Shown here piece after piece: positions 9,723 to 19,783 of a stretch of DNA of 64,000 bases (positions within the stretch are counted from its first letter, which is position 1; every line of letters begins with the position of its first letter). Position numbers and translations under genes: made by a program. The stretch lies in the IMG/VR virus record IMGVR_UViG_3300043446_005562, positions 186,001-250,000 of that record, one strand, 5' to 3'. The notes below the pieces were generated by a model that had not been told where the DNA came from, did no database searches, and saw only the letters and a program-made list of their open reading frames with translations.

Positions 9723-10373
9723 ATGGCAATTAAACTCCTACAAGACTATGTACAGGATGGCATCGTCAAAGATTTTGAACAGCCCGTTCCAAATTACAGA
9801 TTTGACACGGAAGGAATTGCCTATAATTTTAGAGCCCTAGCCCCAGGTCATATTTACACCTTTGTTTCGCTTAGGGAGCGCGGAGCAGACGGTCTACCGA
9901 GCCTTGACGAATATCAAATAAGCCCGACCAAGAGTAAAAAGCCCTATGCTGACAATCGTCCAATCTTTCTTTCGCTTGGTCAGGAAGGTCCAATGGAAAT
10001 TGGTCTAAACTTGAAACTGATGCCCATTCAATTAAGAAAAAATTTTATTCGAGTGTACTTAAAGAACACGGTACTACCGGTAATTGAAAATATGGTTGAC
10101 TCGAAAGACAATTTACCCGAATTAACTCAAAGACTTAGATCACCAGAAATTAAAAAATTACTCCTGGTGGACAGGCAGTACATTAAGCTGGCTAGCGATC
10201 TATCAAGCTTTAATTTTGAGTTCCTGGTTGATAAATATAACAGAGAAGAGATGAGATTCTTGAAAATGATAGATTGGCCAGCCGTTCCAAAACTTGGAGA
10301 ATCCGAGTATGTGCAGGACAAGACAATTGTTTCCAAGACTCCAATCTCATATTTCTTGACAAAATTTACATAA
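9723..10373 (+). CDS. DNA end protector (T4 gp2-like), putative
   Basis: PGHIYTF...P.FLSL...GLNL pattern and position next to gp4-like gene. Confidence 0.5.
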   Translation: MAIKLLQDYVQDGIVKDFEQPVPNYRFDTEGIAYNFRALAPGHIYTFVSLRERGADGLPSLDEYQISPTKSKKPYADNRPIFLSLGQEGPMEIGLNLKLMPIQLRKNFIRVYLKNTVLPVIENMVDSKDNLPELTQRLRSPEIKKLLLVDRQYIKLASDLSSFNFEFLVDKYNREEMRFLKMIDWPAVPKLGESEYVQDKTIVSKTPISYFLTKFT

Positions 10374-10380
10374 CATATAA

Positions 10381-12072
10381 ATGGCAGGATTCCTAGACAG
10401 TAACCCAATGAGATCTTTAAGATCTAGACTCACAGAGCTGAGTAAGTTTGGTATGAAATACGACGACCTACTGGTTAAAAATTCACAGGCAATAGGCTTT
10501 ATTGAAGGCCAAATGCGTTCATCTGGCACATCGTTGGGCGATGATTTAATGAGAGCCACACTAGCTCTATCCGATACAACATCTGCACTAAAGACAAAAT
10601 CAATTGCCTTTTTTCAAATGGACTATATTTCAAAGCGCGAAAGGCTTAGAGATATTGCCTCAAACGGCGAGATTGAATTTGTATTAGAGACAATCACCGA
10701 CGACTGTATTGTATTCGATGATGATAACCGTTTCTGTTATGCAAACGACCTAGTCGGCGAAATCCAGTACATGGGTGCAAACAAAAAGCAACGCCTTGAA
10801 TTTCAAGAAAAGGTTTTGACCAAATACCAAGATACATTTCAAAACATTTACAGCAAATGGGGTTTTGATCAAGGAATCTCGGCTTGGCAGTATTTTTATC
10901 AATGGCTGATTGAAGGTCATTTGGCATTTGAAATTATCTATGATGATCTGCTAAAACCCACTCAAATTATAGGTTTCAAAGAACTGGATCCAGCATCTCT
11001 CTATCCGGAAATGAAAAAGGATGCTAAGGGATCGCTGATTTTGCAATGGCAACAAAAGGATCCGGTTTCAAAAACCAACCGGACTCTATCTGATTCGCAA
11101 ATCATCTATATTTCCTACTCAAATCACATGCGAACCAAACGAGTTAGTTTTGTTGAGAGACTTGTTCGTTCGTTCAATATGTTACGTATCATTGAGCATT
11201 CAAAGGTTATTTGGCATACAATGCACGCCCCAATTCGTTTGGTAACAACTGTGCCGATTGGCACCAAATCAATGCAAAAAGCCAAGGAAGACGTTCGCGA
11301 ATTCACAAATACTCTCAAGGAGGATATTTACTTCGACGGCGACTCTGGCGAATTAAAGGTTGACGGTAAACCCAATATCCTATTCTATAAAAACTATGTG
11401 GTTCCAGTAAATGATCAGCAACAGCAGGTTAAGATTGAACCGCTAGAATACACCGGTCCAAACCTAGCCGGTTCCGAACTACTGAAGTACTTTCATGAAA
11501 AATTAAAAATGGATTCTAAAATTCCGGGTACTCGATTCGCAGAAGGCGGTGGAGCATTCACCTTGAATTCAGAAGGCATTTCACGAGAAGAAATTCGCTA
11601 TAATAAATTCATTCAGCGCTTGCGGTCAGCCTTTAAGGAGCTGATCACAAAGCCTCTCTATCTGCAAATGTGTTTGGACATGAAGGAGTTACAGAATGAT
11701 CCAAAGTTTGCAAACGCGGTTGGTGTTAGCTGGTACAATGATAATGTATTTGAAGAGATCAAGACTCAAGATCTTATCAACAAACGTCTTGCAACAGTCA
11801 ATGCCCTTAAGGCCGTGGTTGACGATGAAAACAAGCCTTACTTCTCTACCGAATTCTTGATTCGCGAATACTTAAAAATGAGCGATGAAGATATTCAAAA
11901 GAACAAGGACTATCAATCAGTTCAGGCCGGCGAAGCTGAAGAGGCGAAGGGCGGCGGAGCGGGTGGACCTGGAGGAGCGGGAGGCGGCGGCGGTGCAGCA
12001 GCAGCTGGTGCAGCGGCAGCAGAAGGTGGCGGAGAGTTCAAAACTGAGCTTGGAGCTAAGGGCCAATTATAA
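10381..12072 (+). CDS. Portal protein (T4 gp20-like)
   Basis: 563 aa; WLIEGHLAFEIIY, LRIIEHSKVIW, AFKELITKPLYLQ patterns; Gly/Ala-rich C-terminal tail. Confidence 0.85.
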   Translation: MAGFLDSNPMRSLRSRLTELSKFGMKYDDLLVKNSQAIGFIEGQMRSSGTSLGDDLMRATLALSDTTSALKTKSIAFFQMDYISKRERLRDIASNGEIEFVLETITDDCIVFDDDNRFCYANDLVGEIQYMGANKKQRLEFQEKVLTKYQDTFQNIYSKWGFDQGISAWQYFYQWLIEGHLAFEIIYDDLLKPTQIIGFKELDPASLYPEMKKDAKGSLILQWQQKDPVSKTNRTLSDSQIIYISYSNHMRTKRVSFVERLVRSFNMLRIIEHSKVIWHTMHAPIRLVTTVPIGTKSMQKAKEDVREFTNTLKEDIYFDGDSGELKVDGKPNILFYKNYVVPVNDQQQQVKIEPLEYTGPNLAGSELLKYFHEKLKMDSKIPGTRFAEGGGAFTLNSEGISREEIRYNKFIQRLRSAFKELITKPLYLQMCLDMKELQNDPKFANAVGVSWYNDNVFEEIKTQDLINKRLATVNALKAVVDDENKPYFSTEFLIREYLKMSDEDIQKNKDYQSVQAGEAEEAKGGGAGGPGGAGGGGGAAAAGAAAAEGGGEFKTELGAKGQL

Positions 12073-12090
12073 AGCTAATCTAATTTTTTA

Positions 12091-13002
12091 ATGAAATCTA
12101 AAGTAACTGTAATAGGTGGGGCAGGCTTCATCGGGTCTCACCTGGTATCACTCCTGTTAAAGAATAACTATAGGGTAATAGTAATAGATGACTTTTCAAC
12201 GGGATCACCTGACAATCTTAAAAATGATCTGGCAAATCCAGATCTTTTTTGTTTTAAATTCGATATTCTAACGGATTCACGGGTCAAATTGGCAACCCTA
12301 ATCGGCGGCTCAACTCACGTGTTCCATCTAGCCGCAAAGACCTCCGTTGAAGAGTCCTTACAGAATCCTCCAAGCTATCTTAAAGCCAATCTTTTGGGAA
12401 CAGTTGCGGTGGTTGAGGCAATGAAGCGAGCTAGAATCAAGCACATTATCTTTAGCTCAACCAGTGCAGTATACGGAGAGACCAACTCCTTTCCAACTCA
12501 TGAAGACTGCACGCCAAATCCAATATCACCGTATGCCATGAGTAAACTTATGGCTGAAAATTTCCTAAAGGATCAATCCGATATTTCAAGCGTAAGTTTA
12601 AGATATTTTAACGTGTATGGAGATCGCCCAAATTTACGTGGGTCGTATCGACCAGTGATGTCAGTTTTCTTGGAAAAATTTGCAAATGGGGAACCTCTAC
12701 CTATTATAAATGGAGGTTCGCAAAGTAGAGATTTCATTAACGTTGAGGATGTTGCCCTAGCAAATCTAGCCGCAATGAAAGTTCAGCAAGGTCATGCTCT
12801 ATTCAATGTTGGGTCGGGCACAGACTTGAGCATCAAGCTCATAGCCGATTCAATCTCAGCCAATCAAATAGAGGCAGCTCCTCGAGTAGAACCAACTCGT
12901 TCACTTGCAGATATTAGTAAAATTAAAAAAGAATTGGATTGGACTCCAAGAGTAAAATTTGATGAGTGGATTAGTCCTCGTATAGCGCGGCAAACGATCT
13001 AA
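12091..13002 (+). CDS. NAD-dependent epimerase/dehydratase (GalE/HldD-like extended SDR)
   Basis: GGAGFIG, HLAA, SSTSAVYG, YAMSK (YxxxK), RYFNVYG, SRDFINV. Confidence 0.9.
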   Translation: MKSKVTVIGGAGFIGSHLVSLLLKNNYRVIVIDDFSTGSPDNLKNDLANPDLFCFKFDILTDSRVKLATLIGGSTHVFHLAAKTSVEESLQNPPSYLKANLLGTVAVVEAMKRARIKHIIFSSTSAVYGETNSFPTHEDCTPNPISPYAMSKLMAENFLKDQSDISSVSLRYFNVYGDRPNLRGSYRPVMSVFLEKFANGEPLPIINGGSQSRDFINVEDVALANLAAMKVQQGHALFNVGSGTDLSIKLIADSISANQIEAAPRVEPTRSLADISKIKKELDWTPRVKFDEWISPRIARQTI

Positions 13003-13345
13003 CGCCGTCTATTGTTATGTCCAGGCCCAGTGAGGTTTTGTAAATATCGGATATATCGTCTAGCGTAAATGCCCTTGCACCGATTGCGTACTTCTTAGAC
13101 ATCATTACGTAATTTTGAATTTGAGTATGAGCCTCTTTTTCAAGCGAATCCAATGGATAGCCTTCAAATTCAAATAGGTATTTTGTAGTATCCAGACCAA
13201 AATCAGGTTCACCAAGCACTTCGCCCTTTTTGGTCAATAGGGTCATTCTAATCTGCTCAATGGTATTTTCAATATCATTTTCGCAAGAAAACAATCCTTC
13301 TCGATAATTTGGGTCACCCGGCGCTCTAAAATAAAAGTCTATCAT
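12971..13345 (-). CDS. Baseplate wedge gp25/GPW-like protein
   Basis: EQIRMTLLTKKGEVLGEPDFG motif. Confidence 0.75.
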   Translation of the reverse strand: MIDFYFRAPGDPNYREGLFSCENDIENTIEQIRMTLLTKKGEVLGEPDFGLDTTKYLFEFEGYPLDSLEKEAHTQIQNYVMMSKKYAIGARAFTLDDISDIYKTSLGLDITIDGVRSFAALYED

Positions 13346-13350
13346 AGTTC

Positions 13351-14085
13351 TTAAAAATTAACTAGGAACATCCAGTCTGCTGAATTTTCGCCCTTCATCA
13401 TGTCCATTACTGCAGTAAGTTCAGCTTCAGCTTTTGTAACTAGAGTTGCGTAATTGGGTTTTACTCCGCCTGGTAAACTATAGTCAAATGCGGTTAACAG
13501 GTCGCCCAATCTGATTTTGGACTTTGCTCTGACGTATCGTTGAAATACTTCATCTTCGTATAGATCCTCGGCGTCTATTTTTTTAGCAACTTGAACAACT
13601 GTTTCAGCCAATGGAGTTCTTCCCATTATTGTTAGCTTTTTAGTGTTTTTATTGTAATCGTAAGCTAGGGTATCAATTGTAAAATTCTTTGCAATATCTA
13701 GGAATGAAAATAGAACTGTCCTGTACATTAAAGATTCACCAATGAACGGTGTCAAGAATATCTCCGAGCCAATGAACTTATTGTCCGCGAAATCTTTATC
13801 AAGAGTTCCAAAAATACTACCGCCCTTTGCTTCGCGAACCTGGTGCACAAACTGTACGCAGTCTGGCATTTGAATAGCTCTCTCCTTTTTGAAAAGAGGA
13901 TTTGTAAAAACGTCTTTCGGTAATAGTAAGTATCTGGGCTCAATTGCATGTCGCCAATTATCATAAAAATAGCGCTCAGCGTTGGTAATAACACGCACTA
14001 TTTCCGCTTCTGGAATTGAATAAGGTAGAGCCTTTGCAAAGGTCATCTCATTTTGAATATCAAGTATTAGTTCGGCTTGAGTCAT
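13351..14085 (-). CDS. Neck/head-tail adaptor protein (gp13-like), putative
   Basis: 244 aa; C-terminal YVRAKSK...G...F...LPGGVKPN...AEAE pattern of T4-like neck proteins. Confidence 0.55.
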   Translation of the reverse strand: MTQAELILDIQNEMTFAKALPYSIPEAEIVRVITNAERYFYDNWRHAIEPRYLLLPKDVFTNPLFKKERAIQMPDCVQFVHQVREAKGGSIFGTLDKDFADNKFIGSEIFLTPFIGESLMYRTVLFSFLDIAKNFTIDTLAYDYNKNTKKLTIMGRTPLAETVVQVAKKIDAEDLYEDEVFQRYVRAKSKIRLGDLLTAFDYSLPGGVKPNYATLVTKAEAELTAVMDMMKGENSADWMFLVNF

Positions 14086-14098
14086 TTAATTAGATAAT

Positions 14099-14473
14099 TT
14101 AGGCCTTTGGCTGTTGCGCATCGGCTGTTTTTTGAGCATCCATTCTTTTAGACGCATCTAACAATTTGGCGTCAAGATCACGTTTTTTAGTTTCATAATC
14201 TGCTGCCTTTGGATCAAGTTTCTTGAGTTCAATATTAATATTATCAATCTCAACCTGAATTTCTAACGCCTTGGTCGACTCATCAATCTTTTGGGTTTTA
14301 GAGTAGTCAGGCTCAGTTGTGTCTAATGGGGTCAAATTTGCGCGTTTTACCTGGTTAATGGTCTTTTCCTTTTTAACTGGATCAGCCGGTTTAACGTCAA
14401 GCGCGTGTTTCTTGGGATCAACTAGCTCGTTGCCCTTTTTGAAATCGTCAAATTTTAAGATTCTATTCTTCAT
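14099..14473 (-). CDS. Hypothetical protein with CTS-like N-terminus
   Basis: MKNRILKFDDFKKGNE. Confidence 0.6.
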   Translation of the reverse strand: MKNRILKFDDFKKGNELVDPKKHALDVKPADPVKKEKTINQVKRANLTPLDTTEPDYSKTQKIDESTKALEIQVEIDNINIELKKLDPKAADYETKKRDLDAKLLDASKRMDAQKTADAQQPKA

Positions 14474-14492
14474 TTAAGTCTTATTCTTTTTA

Positions 14493-15914
14493 TTATTTAT
14501 CAAGCCCGCTATTCAGCGTTGATTTGTGGAATTTAGCATTATCGGGTTCATCTTTACAAAAATCGTTAAAGGTTTTAACCTTTCTTTCTTCAGGATTGGC
14601 GCCGTATCGATTAGACAACGGATTGGTCTTGAGATCAAATCTAGAATAGGGCTGAGTTGTTACCCAATGAGACGGTAGACCGCCGACTGGCACATTCACA
14701 TCGTTAGGCATCACATTTGGATCAATTTGCTGATCAAATGAGTCTGCTGGAATATCATAGGTGCCGACCTCTTCCTTAAGTTCAATTTGACCTGTAACTA
14801 TTTGCCAAATGAGCTCCTTATCCGAGCCTTCAGGTAATCCCTTAAAGAAATTTTGTTTGTCTTTTGCCCGAATGAACCCTCTCATTAGGGTACCCGAAAC
14901 TCCATCTGAGTCCTTTTTATTAGGATCCGCTGAGTTTGCCATAGCCTGACTTATCTCAGGTCTCTCGGTTTCAATTCTTTCAAGCTGTCTGATTCCGCCC
15001 AACCATTTTTCCATTGCTGCAAATCTACCCATATCTTCAGGTAGAGCATAGAGATTTATTTTATTATTGGGAGCGTCTTGTGTTTTGCCAAGGGCTTCAA
15101 CCCATTCGTATGATGATCTAACTGGTGTTACCTCAGCCGGATGAATCTTAATAGCTGAGTTCTTTTTGAAATAGAGTTTAAGTATCTCAACCGCCATTTT
15201 ACCTGTAATACCATCCTCAGGCTTTGGCGAAACAAACACGTGAAATTCATCGTTTTGAGCCGCGTACTTCTCAATCATTTTATAGTGACCAAGATGGGGC
15301 GGTTTGAATTTACCGGTAAAGATTCCAATTCTCTTAATTTCAAGTTTTGGTAGGTGTTTTGCCTTTACTCGATAGGTATTCACTGTGATTGGCAGCTCAG
15401 CTTCAAGCTCCTTAGCCAATTTTAAATTATTGACATCATCATCGAAAAATTTAAAATCTCGATAGCCCATTTCATAGAGTCTTCTAAATGCCTGCTGTTT
15501 CTTTTCAGCAACCGACCCGTGAAAACCTTCAGCCGGATCGTTAACTGCAATAACAAATTTTGGATGAATATCAATACCGTTTTCCAAAAAGAATTCACGA
15601 ATCATTGAACCCTTGTTGCGAGCGGTGATGATTCCAACCGCAGTTGAGTTTTCGTAAGTTTCTTTTAATATGCCAAGTATCTTCTCAACAAGCCGACCAG
15701 CCTTTAAAATTTGAGGATCTTCAAATTGGCTGTAATTAACCTCATGATGAGGCTGATGCTCGTATTCATTAAATTCCTGTGGAGTTAAATGAAAAATTTC
15801 ACCGGTTTTAGAGTCCTTCACAGCGATTCTTGCATTAGTAACAACTAATGTATCATCAAGATCAAATATGGTAATAGATTCTCCGCTAAAAGCCATTTCA
15901 TTTACTGATTTCAC
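14493..15914 (-). CDS. HAD phosphatase fused to HxGH nucleotidyltransferase (cytidylyltransferase-like)
   Basis: IFDLDDTLV...ITAR...FFDDD (HAD) followed by GKFKPPHLGH and GVSGTLMR (HIGH-class NTase). Confidence 0.75.
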   Translation of the reverse strand: MKSVNEMAFSGESITIFDLDDTLVVTNARIAVKDSKTGEIFHLTPQEFNEYEHQPHHEVNYSQFEDPQILKAGRLVEKILGILKETYENSTAVGIITARNKGSMIREFFLENGIDIHPKFVIAVNDPAEGFHGSVAEKKQQAFRRLYEMGYRDFKFFDDDVNNLKLAKELEAELPITVNTYRVKAKHLPKLEIKRIGIFTGKFKPPHLGHYKMIEKYAAQNDEFHVFVSPKPEDGITGKMAVEILKLYFKKNSAIKIHPAEVTPVRSSYEWVEALGKTQDAPNNKINLYALPEDMGRFAAMEKWLGGIRQLERIETERPEISQAMANSADPNKKDSDGVSGTLMRGFIRAKDKQNFFKGLPEGSDKELIWQIVTGQIELKEEVGTYDIPADSFDQQIDPNVMPNDVNVPVGGLPSHWVTTQPYSRFDLKTNPLSNRYGANPEERKVKTFNDFCKDEPDNAKFHKSTLNSGLDK

Positions 15915-15919
15915 TTAAA

Positions 15920-16984
15920 TTAAACCTTTAATTTTTGAGCAGCTGTCATCATGCACTCCATTAGGTATTCATGACACTCATTAAGATAAGATTCATAATT
16001 TTGAGACTCATCGTCTGTCATATCATGTTTATGAGCTTCATGAATAAGCACCTCTTCACAAATTCTCTTGATTGCCTGCTTTGCGCTGTCCGATAGACCT
16101 GGAACGTAACCTTCTGGCATGGCTGACCAACACTCATTCACGAACTGGTCAAACGTATTTGACACCCTACCCTCTGCTAATTTATTGCCATAGGCATGAA
16201 ATGGAACTGACGATCCGGGGTGCATTACGTTCCCTGAAATGCCGTGTTCTCGACTGGTGTACTGTGAAAAGCTAATACCTGTAACATCATCCAATGGAAT
16301 AACTTCACCGTTGTCTGCTGTGATTTCACCAGTCCTTAGGTCTAATTGAGAAGTTGGATCAGATACTGTGTACTGCTCCCGATAGGCATGAAATTTGATG
16401 GGTTGTTTGGGACCATCTTCCCATTCTTTAATTAAATGTGAAAATACTTTATGATAGTAATTTGGATCATTGCGCTTTTCGCGGTCGGTCTGCATTGCTG
16501 TTTTATTATAGACTGCTTGGCTTGGAACACCACCGGTTGTATCAACTTCCTCTGCTTCAATCGAATCATTGTCAATATGCTCAATCTCCTCATCCCCGGC
16601 CCATCTAGTAACCTCCGCTTCAATTCTGTACTCAATTCCCTCATGCTCACCAACCAGGACAGCATAGCCTAGTCCATCTTCCCAGGTGGTGTATTGGGTA
16701 TCAAGATCAAAATCAACGATTGCCTCTTCTCCCCAAACCGTTCTAATTTTTATGAAAGTCTCGCTACCAATAATTCTTCTAACCTTATAACCTGCTGCTT
16801 GAATTTCAGCCAGATCCTCCGGTTTATTACTCATGATTTTAATAACCGCAGGTTTACCGGGTTGGGCTAAACCCAAACCCTTAAGTCTTCTGTAATTATC
16901 TTGATGCGATTTTGGATTTGCACCGTACTGTGAAACTTCGTCTTCTGCGAATTTTGGAATTCTTCTTTTGCCAAATTTGCCCAT
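15920..16984 (-). CDS. Acidic hypothetical protein (late promoter upstream)
   Basis: 354-aa ORF; internal NTFDQFVNE motif; TATAAATA at 17010-17017. Confidence 0.65.
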   Translation of the reverse strand: MGKFGKRRIPKFAEDEVSQYGANPKSHQDNYRRLKGLGLAQPGKPAVIKIMSNKPEDLAEIQAAGYKVRRIIGSETFIKIRTVWGEEAIVDFDLDTQYTTWEDGLGYAVLVGEHEGIEYRIEAEVTRWAGDEEIEHIDNDSIEAEEVDTTGGVPSQAVYNKTAMQTDREKRNDPNYYHKVFSHLIKEWEDGPKQPIKFHAYREQYTVSDPTSQLDLRTGEITADNGEVIPLDDVTGISFSQYTSREHGISGNVMHPGSSVPFHAYGNKLAEGRVSNTFDQFVNECWSAMPEGYVPGLSDSAKQAIKRICEEVLIHEAHKHDMTDDESQNYESYLNECHEYLMECMMTAAQKLKV

Positions 16985-17012
16985 AAATAAAACCCTTTTT
17001 TTGTAGGGTTAT

Positions 17013-17777
17013 TTATATGGAACTGTTGATATCGGAAACGACCCCTCGTTTAGACACTGCGACCCCGGCGCAGTGGTTTGCATACCGAATAGCCGCATCC
17101 AGATCACGAGTTTGTGCGTATTTGGCGACCAGACCCGCCAGGAAAGAATCGCCCGCTCCGGACACGTCCTTTACCTCAACCCGTTTTTCGGGTTCAATCT
17201 CAACCTTGCCGATTCTTGCGCCCCGATCGCCAAGCGTAACAATTACTTTGAATCCAAAATCCTTTAAGAAGGCCGGATCGTGATTTGGATTGGCCCATTC
17301 CTTTGAGTTAATTTTAATCCAGGAGAAGCCTCTGGCCCAATAGCCAAGCGGTTTTTTAGTGTCAATAAAGCTCACCTTTGCAATTGTAGCAATATGGCTA
17401 AGGGTTTCGGTGTCTAAAAAACCTTTGCAGTAATCGGACACAACGACAATATCGGCCGCCATGATTCGGTCGGTCAATCGATCGTCGAGCTTTAGCGGCT
17501 CAACTGGGCCATCGTGATCCACTCTCAATAGAATATAGTTAGAGGCCAGATCAACATAACGATGTTTAATGATATCGCCGCTCTCCTGTTTTAAAAATTT
17601 GACCTCGGCCCCAGGTAAAAGGTCTTTGATATTGGCATAGACATTTGCAGCCATGCCGCCATTGGTCACCTTTTGCCCGCTAACAAACACTGGGGTTGGA
17701 GCCTCAGGATTAAGCCGGGTACAAGTTCCGTATTCAAACACATCGAGGCAATCCTCGCCAATCACTAAAATCTTCAT
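17013..17777 (-). CDS. PfkB-family sugar kinase, RfaE/HldE domain I-like (heptose-7-phosphate kinase)
   Basis: RLNPEAPTPV, GGMAANV, VSDYCKG, DVSGAGDSFLAG, AVSKRG. Confidence 0.85.
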   Translation of the reverse strand: MKILVIGEDCLDVFEYGTCTRLNPEAPTPVFVSGQKVTNGGMAANVYANIKDLLPGAEVKFLKQESGDIIKHRYVDLASNYILLRVDHDGPVEPLKLDDRLTDRIMAADIVVVSDYCKGFLDTETLSHIATIAKVSFIDTKKPLGYWARGFSWIKINSKEWANPNHDPAFLKDFGFKVIVTLGDRGARIGKVEIEPEKRVEVKDVSGAGDSFLAGLVAKYAQTRDLDAAIRYANHCAGVAVSKRGVVSDINSSI

Positions 17778-17789
17778 GCAAATATGGTT

Positions 17790-19763
17790 TTATTTTATAC
17801 AGAGCTTATCGCTCTTCGCCTTATGGGTGATCACCAGATGATCCCCTTCCTTGATCTTATTGTCTATATAGGCTTCAGCAATGAGGTCCTCTATGTGTGA
17901 CTGGATCACTCTCTTTAGGGGTCTGGCTCCAAACTTTGGATCATAGCCCTTTTCAATTAAAAAGTCCTTTGCTGCCTTGGTAACCTCAATCGTGTAGCCG
18001 TTCTCTTTGACCCTTTTTTCAAGGTCAATAATATCAATCTCAATGATTTTACGAACGTCTTCTTTTTCCAAAGAGTTGAAAATTATAATATCGTCAATTC
18101 GATTTATGAATTCTGGCGCAAACTGCTTGCTCACAGCTTTTTGTAATACCTGATTCGCAAGATCCTTTTGCATTTCAATGCTCGATGCGGTTGCAAAACC
18201 AATGCCTGCACCAAAGTCCTGTAGACCCTTGACACCAACGTTTGAGGTCATGATGATCACCGTGTTCTTGAAATCGATTTTACGACCCAAACCGTCCGTC
18301 ATGTGGCCTTCATCCAACACCTGCAATAGCGTATTGAAGATGTCCGGGTGAGCCTTTTCAATTTCATCCAATAGAATCACCGAATAGGGTTTGCGCTTAA
18401 CCTTTTCGGTCAATTGCCCGCCATTTTCGTAACCCACATAGCCCGGAGGCGCGCCCAGCATTTTGCTTGACGTAAATTTCTCGCCGTATTCGCTCATGTC
18501 GATTCTAATCAACGCATCCTCAGATGAGAACATGAATTTTGCGAGCTGCTTAGCCAATTCAGTTTTACCGACGCCAGTTGGGCCCAAGAACATGAAAGTA
18601 CCGATTGGTTTCTTTTTGGACTTTAAACCTGCCCTCGCTCTTTGAATTGCTCTAGTTAATTTTTTAACAGCATCAGACTGGCCAATCACGCTTTTAGAGA
18701 GGGTCTCTTCCATGCGGGCAATCTTTTCCAATTCCGAACCTTGTAAGCGACTCACTGGAATGCCAGTCATAGTTGCAACAACTGCTGCAATGTCGGACTC
18801 ATTAACGGTAAGTCGATTGATCTTGAGAGAGTCCTCCCATTTCTTTTTTTCTTCCGCAATTTCGTCCATTACCTTTAGAGCCTCGTCCCTAAGCTTGGCC
18901 GCAGCTTCGTACTGTTGAGACTTGACAGCTTTGTCCTTTTTCTCGGTGACTGCTGCCAATTTTTCCTCAAGTTTTTTAATTGAATCTGGTACAACCACTC
19001 CGTTGATGTGAACGTTTGAACCCGCTTCATCCATTAAATCAATCGCCTTATCCGGTAAAAATCTGTCCTGAATGTATCGATCGCTGTAGTTAACGCATGC
19101 GTCCAATGCCTCATCCGTATAGTGTACTGAATGATGATCCTCGTATTTGGACCTAATGTTTTCCATGATTTGGCGAGTCTCTTCTGGACTTGAAGGATTC
19201 ACGACGATCTGTTGAAAACGACGATTAAGAGCCCCGTCCTTTTCGAATGATCCCCTAAATTCGTCCACAGTAGTTGCGCCAATGCACTGAATCTCTCCAC
19301 GACTCAGAGCCGGTTTAAGAATGTTAGCCGCGTCCAACGAACCGCTTGCTGAACCAGCTCCGACCAGAGTATGAATCTCATCTATGAAAAGAATGATGTT
19401 GGCATTCTGTTGCACCTCTTGAATGATTTGCTCCATGCGCTCTTCGAACTGACCTCGATATTTTGTGCCGGCGACCAGGTTCGCAAGTTCAAGCGAAATT
19501 ATCTTTTTATCAAATAGAACTCGTGGACATGTGCGATTAACAATCATCTCAGCTAGACCTTCCACGATTGCGGTTTTACCAACGCCCGGCTCTCCAATCA
19601 AGATGGGATTATTTTTCTTTCTGCGTGCCAGGATTTGGCTGCATCTCTTTATCTCTTGCGCACGACCGACTACTGGATCCAATTTGCCTTCAAATGCTAA
19701 TTGAGTTAGGTCCTTACCGAAGGAGTCCAACATTGGAGTTTTACTCTGTGATTGTTTTGCCAT
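17790..19763 (-). CDS. clpC: ClpC/ClpA-type AAA+ protease ATPase lacking the N-terminal domain
   Basis: GEPGVGKT, FIDEIH, RFLPDKAIDL, UVR-like middle coil, GPTGVGKT, LLDEIEKAH, GIGF ClpP-binding loop, GARPL. Confidence 0.9.
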   Translation of the reverse strand: MAKQSQSKTPMLDSFGKDLTQLAFEGKLDPVVGRAQEIKRCSQILARRKKNNPILIGEPGVGKTAIVEGLAEMIVNRTCPRVLFDKKIISLELANLVAGTKYRGQFEERMEQIIQEVQQNANIILFIDEIHTLVGAGSASGSLDAANILKPALSRGEIQCIGATTVDEFRGSFEKDGALNRRFQQIVVNPSSPEETRQIMENIRSKYEDHHSVHYTDEALDACVNYSDRYIQDRFLPDKAIDLMDEAGSNVHINGVVVPDSIKKLEEKLAAVTEKKDKAVKSQQYEAAAKLRDEALKVMDEIAEEKKKWEDSLKINRLTVNESDIAAVVATMTGIPVSRLQGSELEKIARMEETLSKSVIGQSDAVKKLTRAIQRARAGLKSKKKPIGTFMFLGPTGVGKTELAKQLAKFMFSSEDALIRIDMSEYGEKFTSSKMLGAPPGYVGYENGGQLTEKVKRKPYSVILLDEIEKAHPDIFNTLLQVLDEGHMTDGLGRKIDFKNTVIIMTSNVGVKGLQDFGAGIGFATASSIEMQKDLANQVLQKAVSKQFAPEFINRIDDIIIFNSLEKEDVRKIIEIDIIDLEKRVKENGYTIEVTKAAKDFLIEKGYDPKFGARPLKRVIQSHIEDLIAEAYIDNKIKEGDHLVITHKAKSDKLCIK

Positions 19764-19783
19764 TTATGTTTATTTCTTTTTTA

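Noticed and set aside
11930-12030. GC-rich GGC/GCA repeat as a separate repeat element
   Set aside because: It encodes the in-frame Gly/Ala tail of the portal protein
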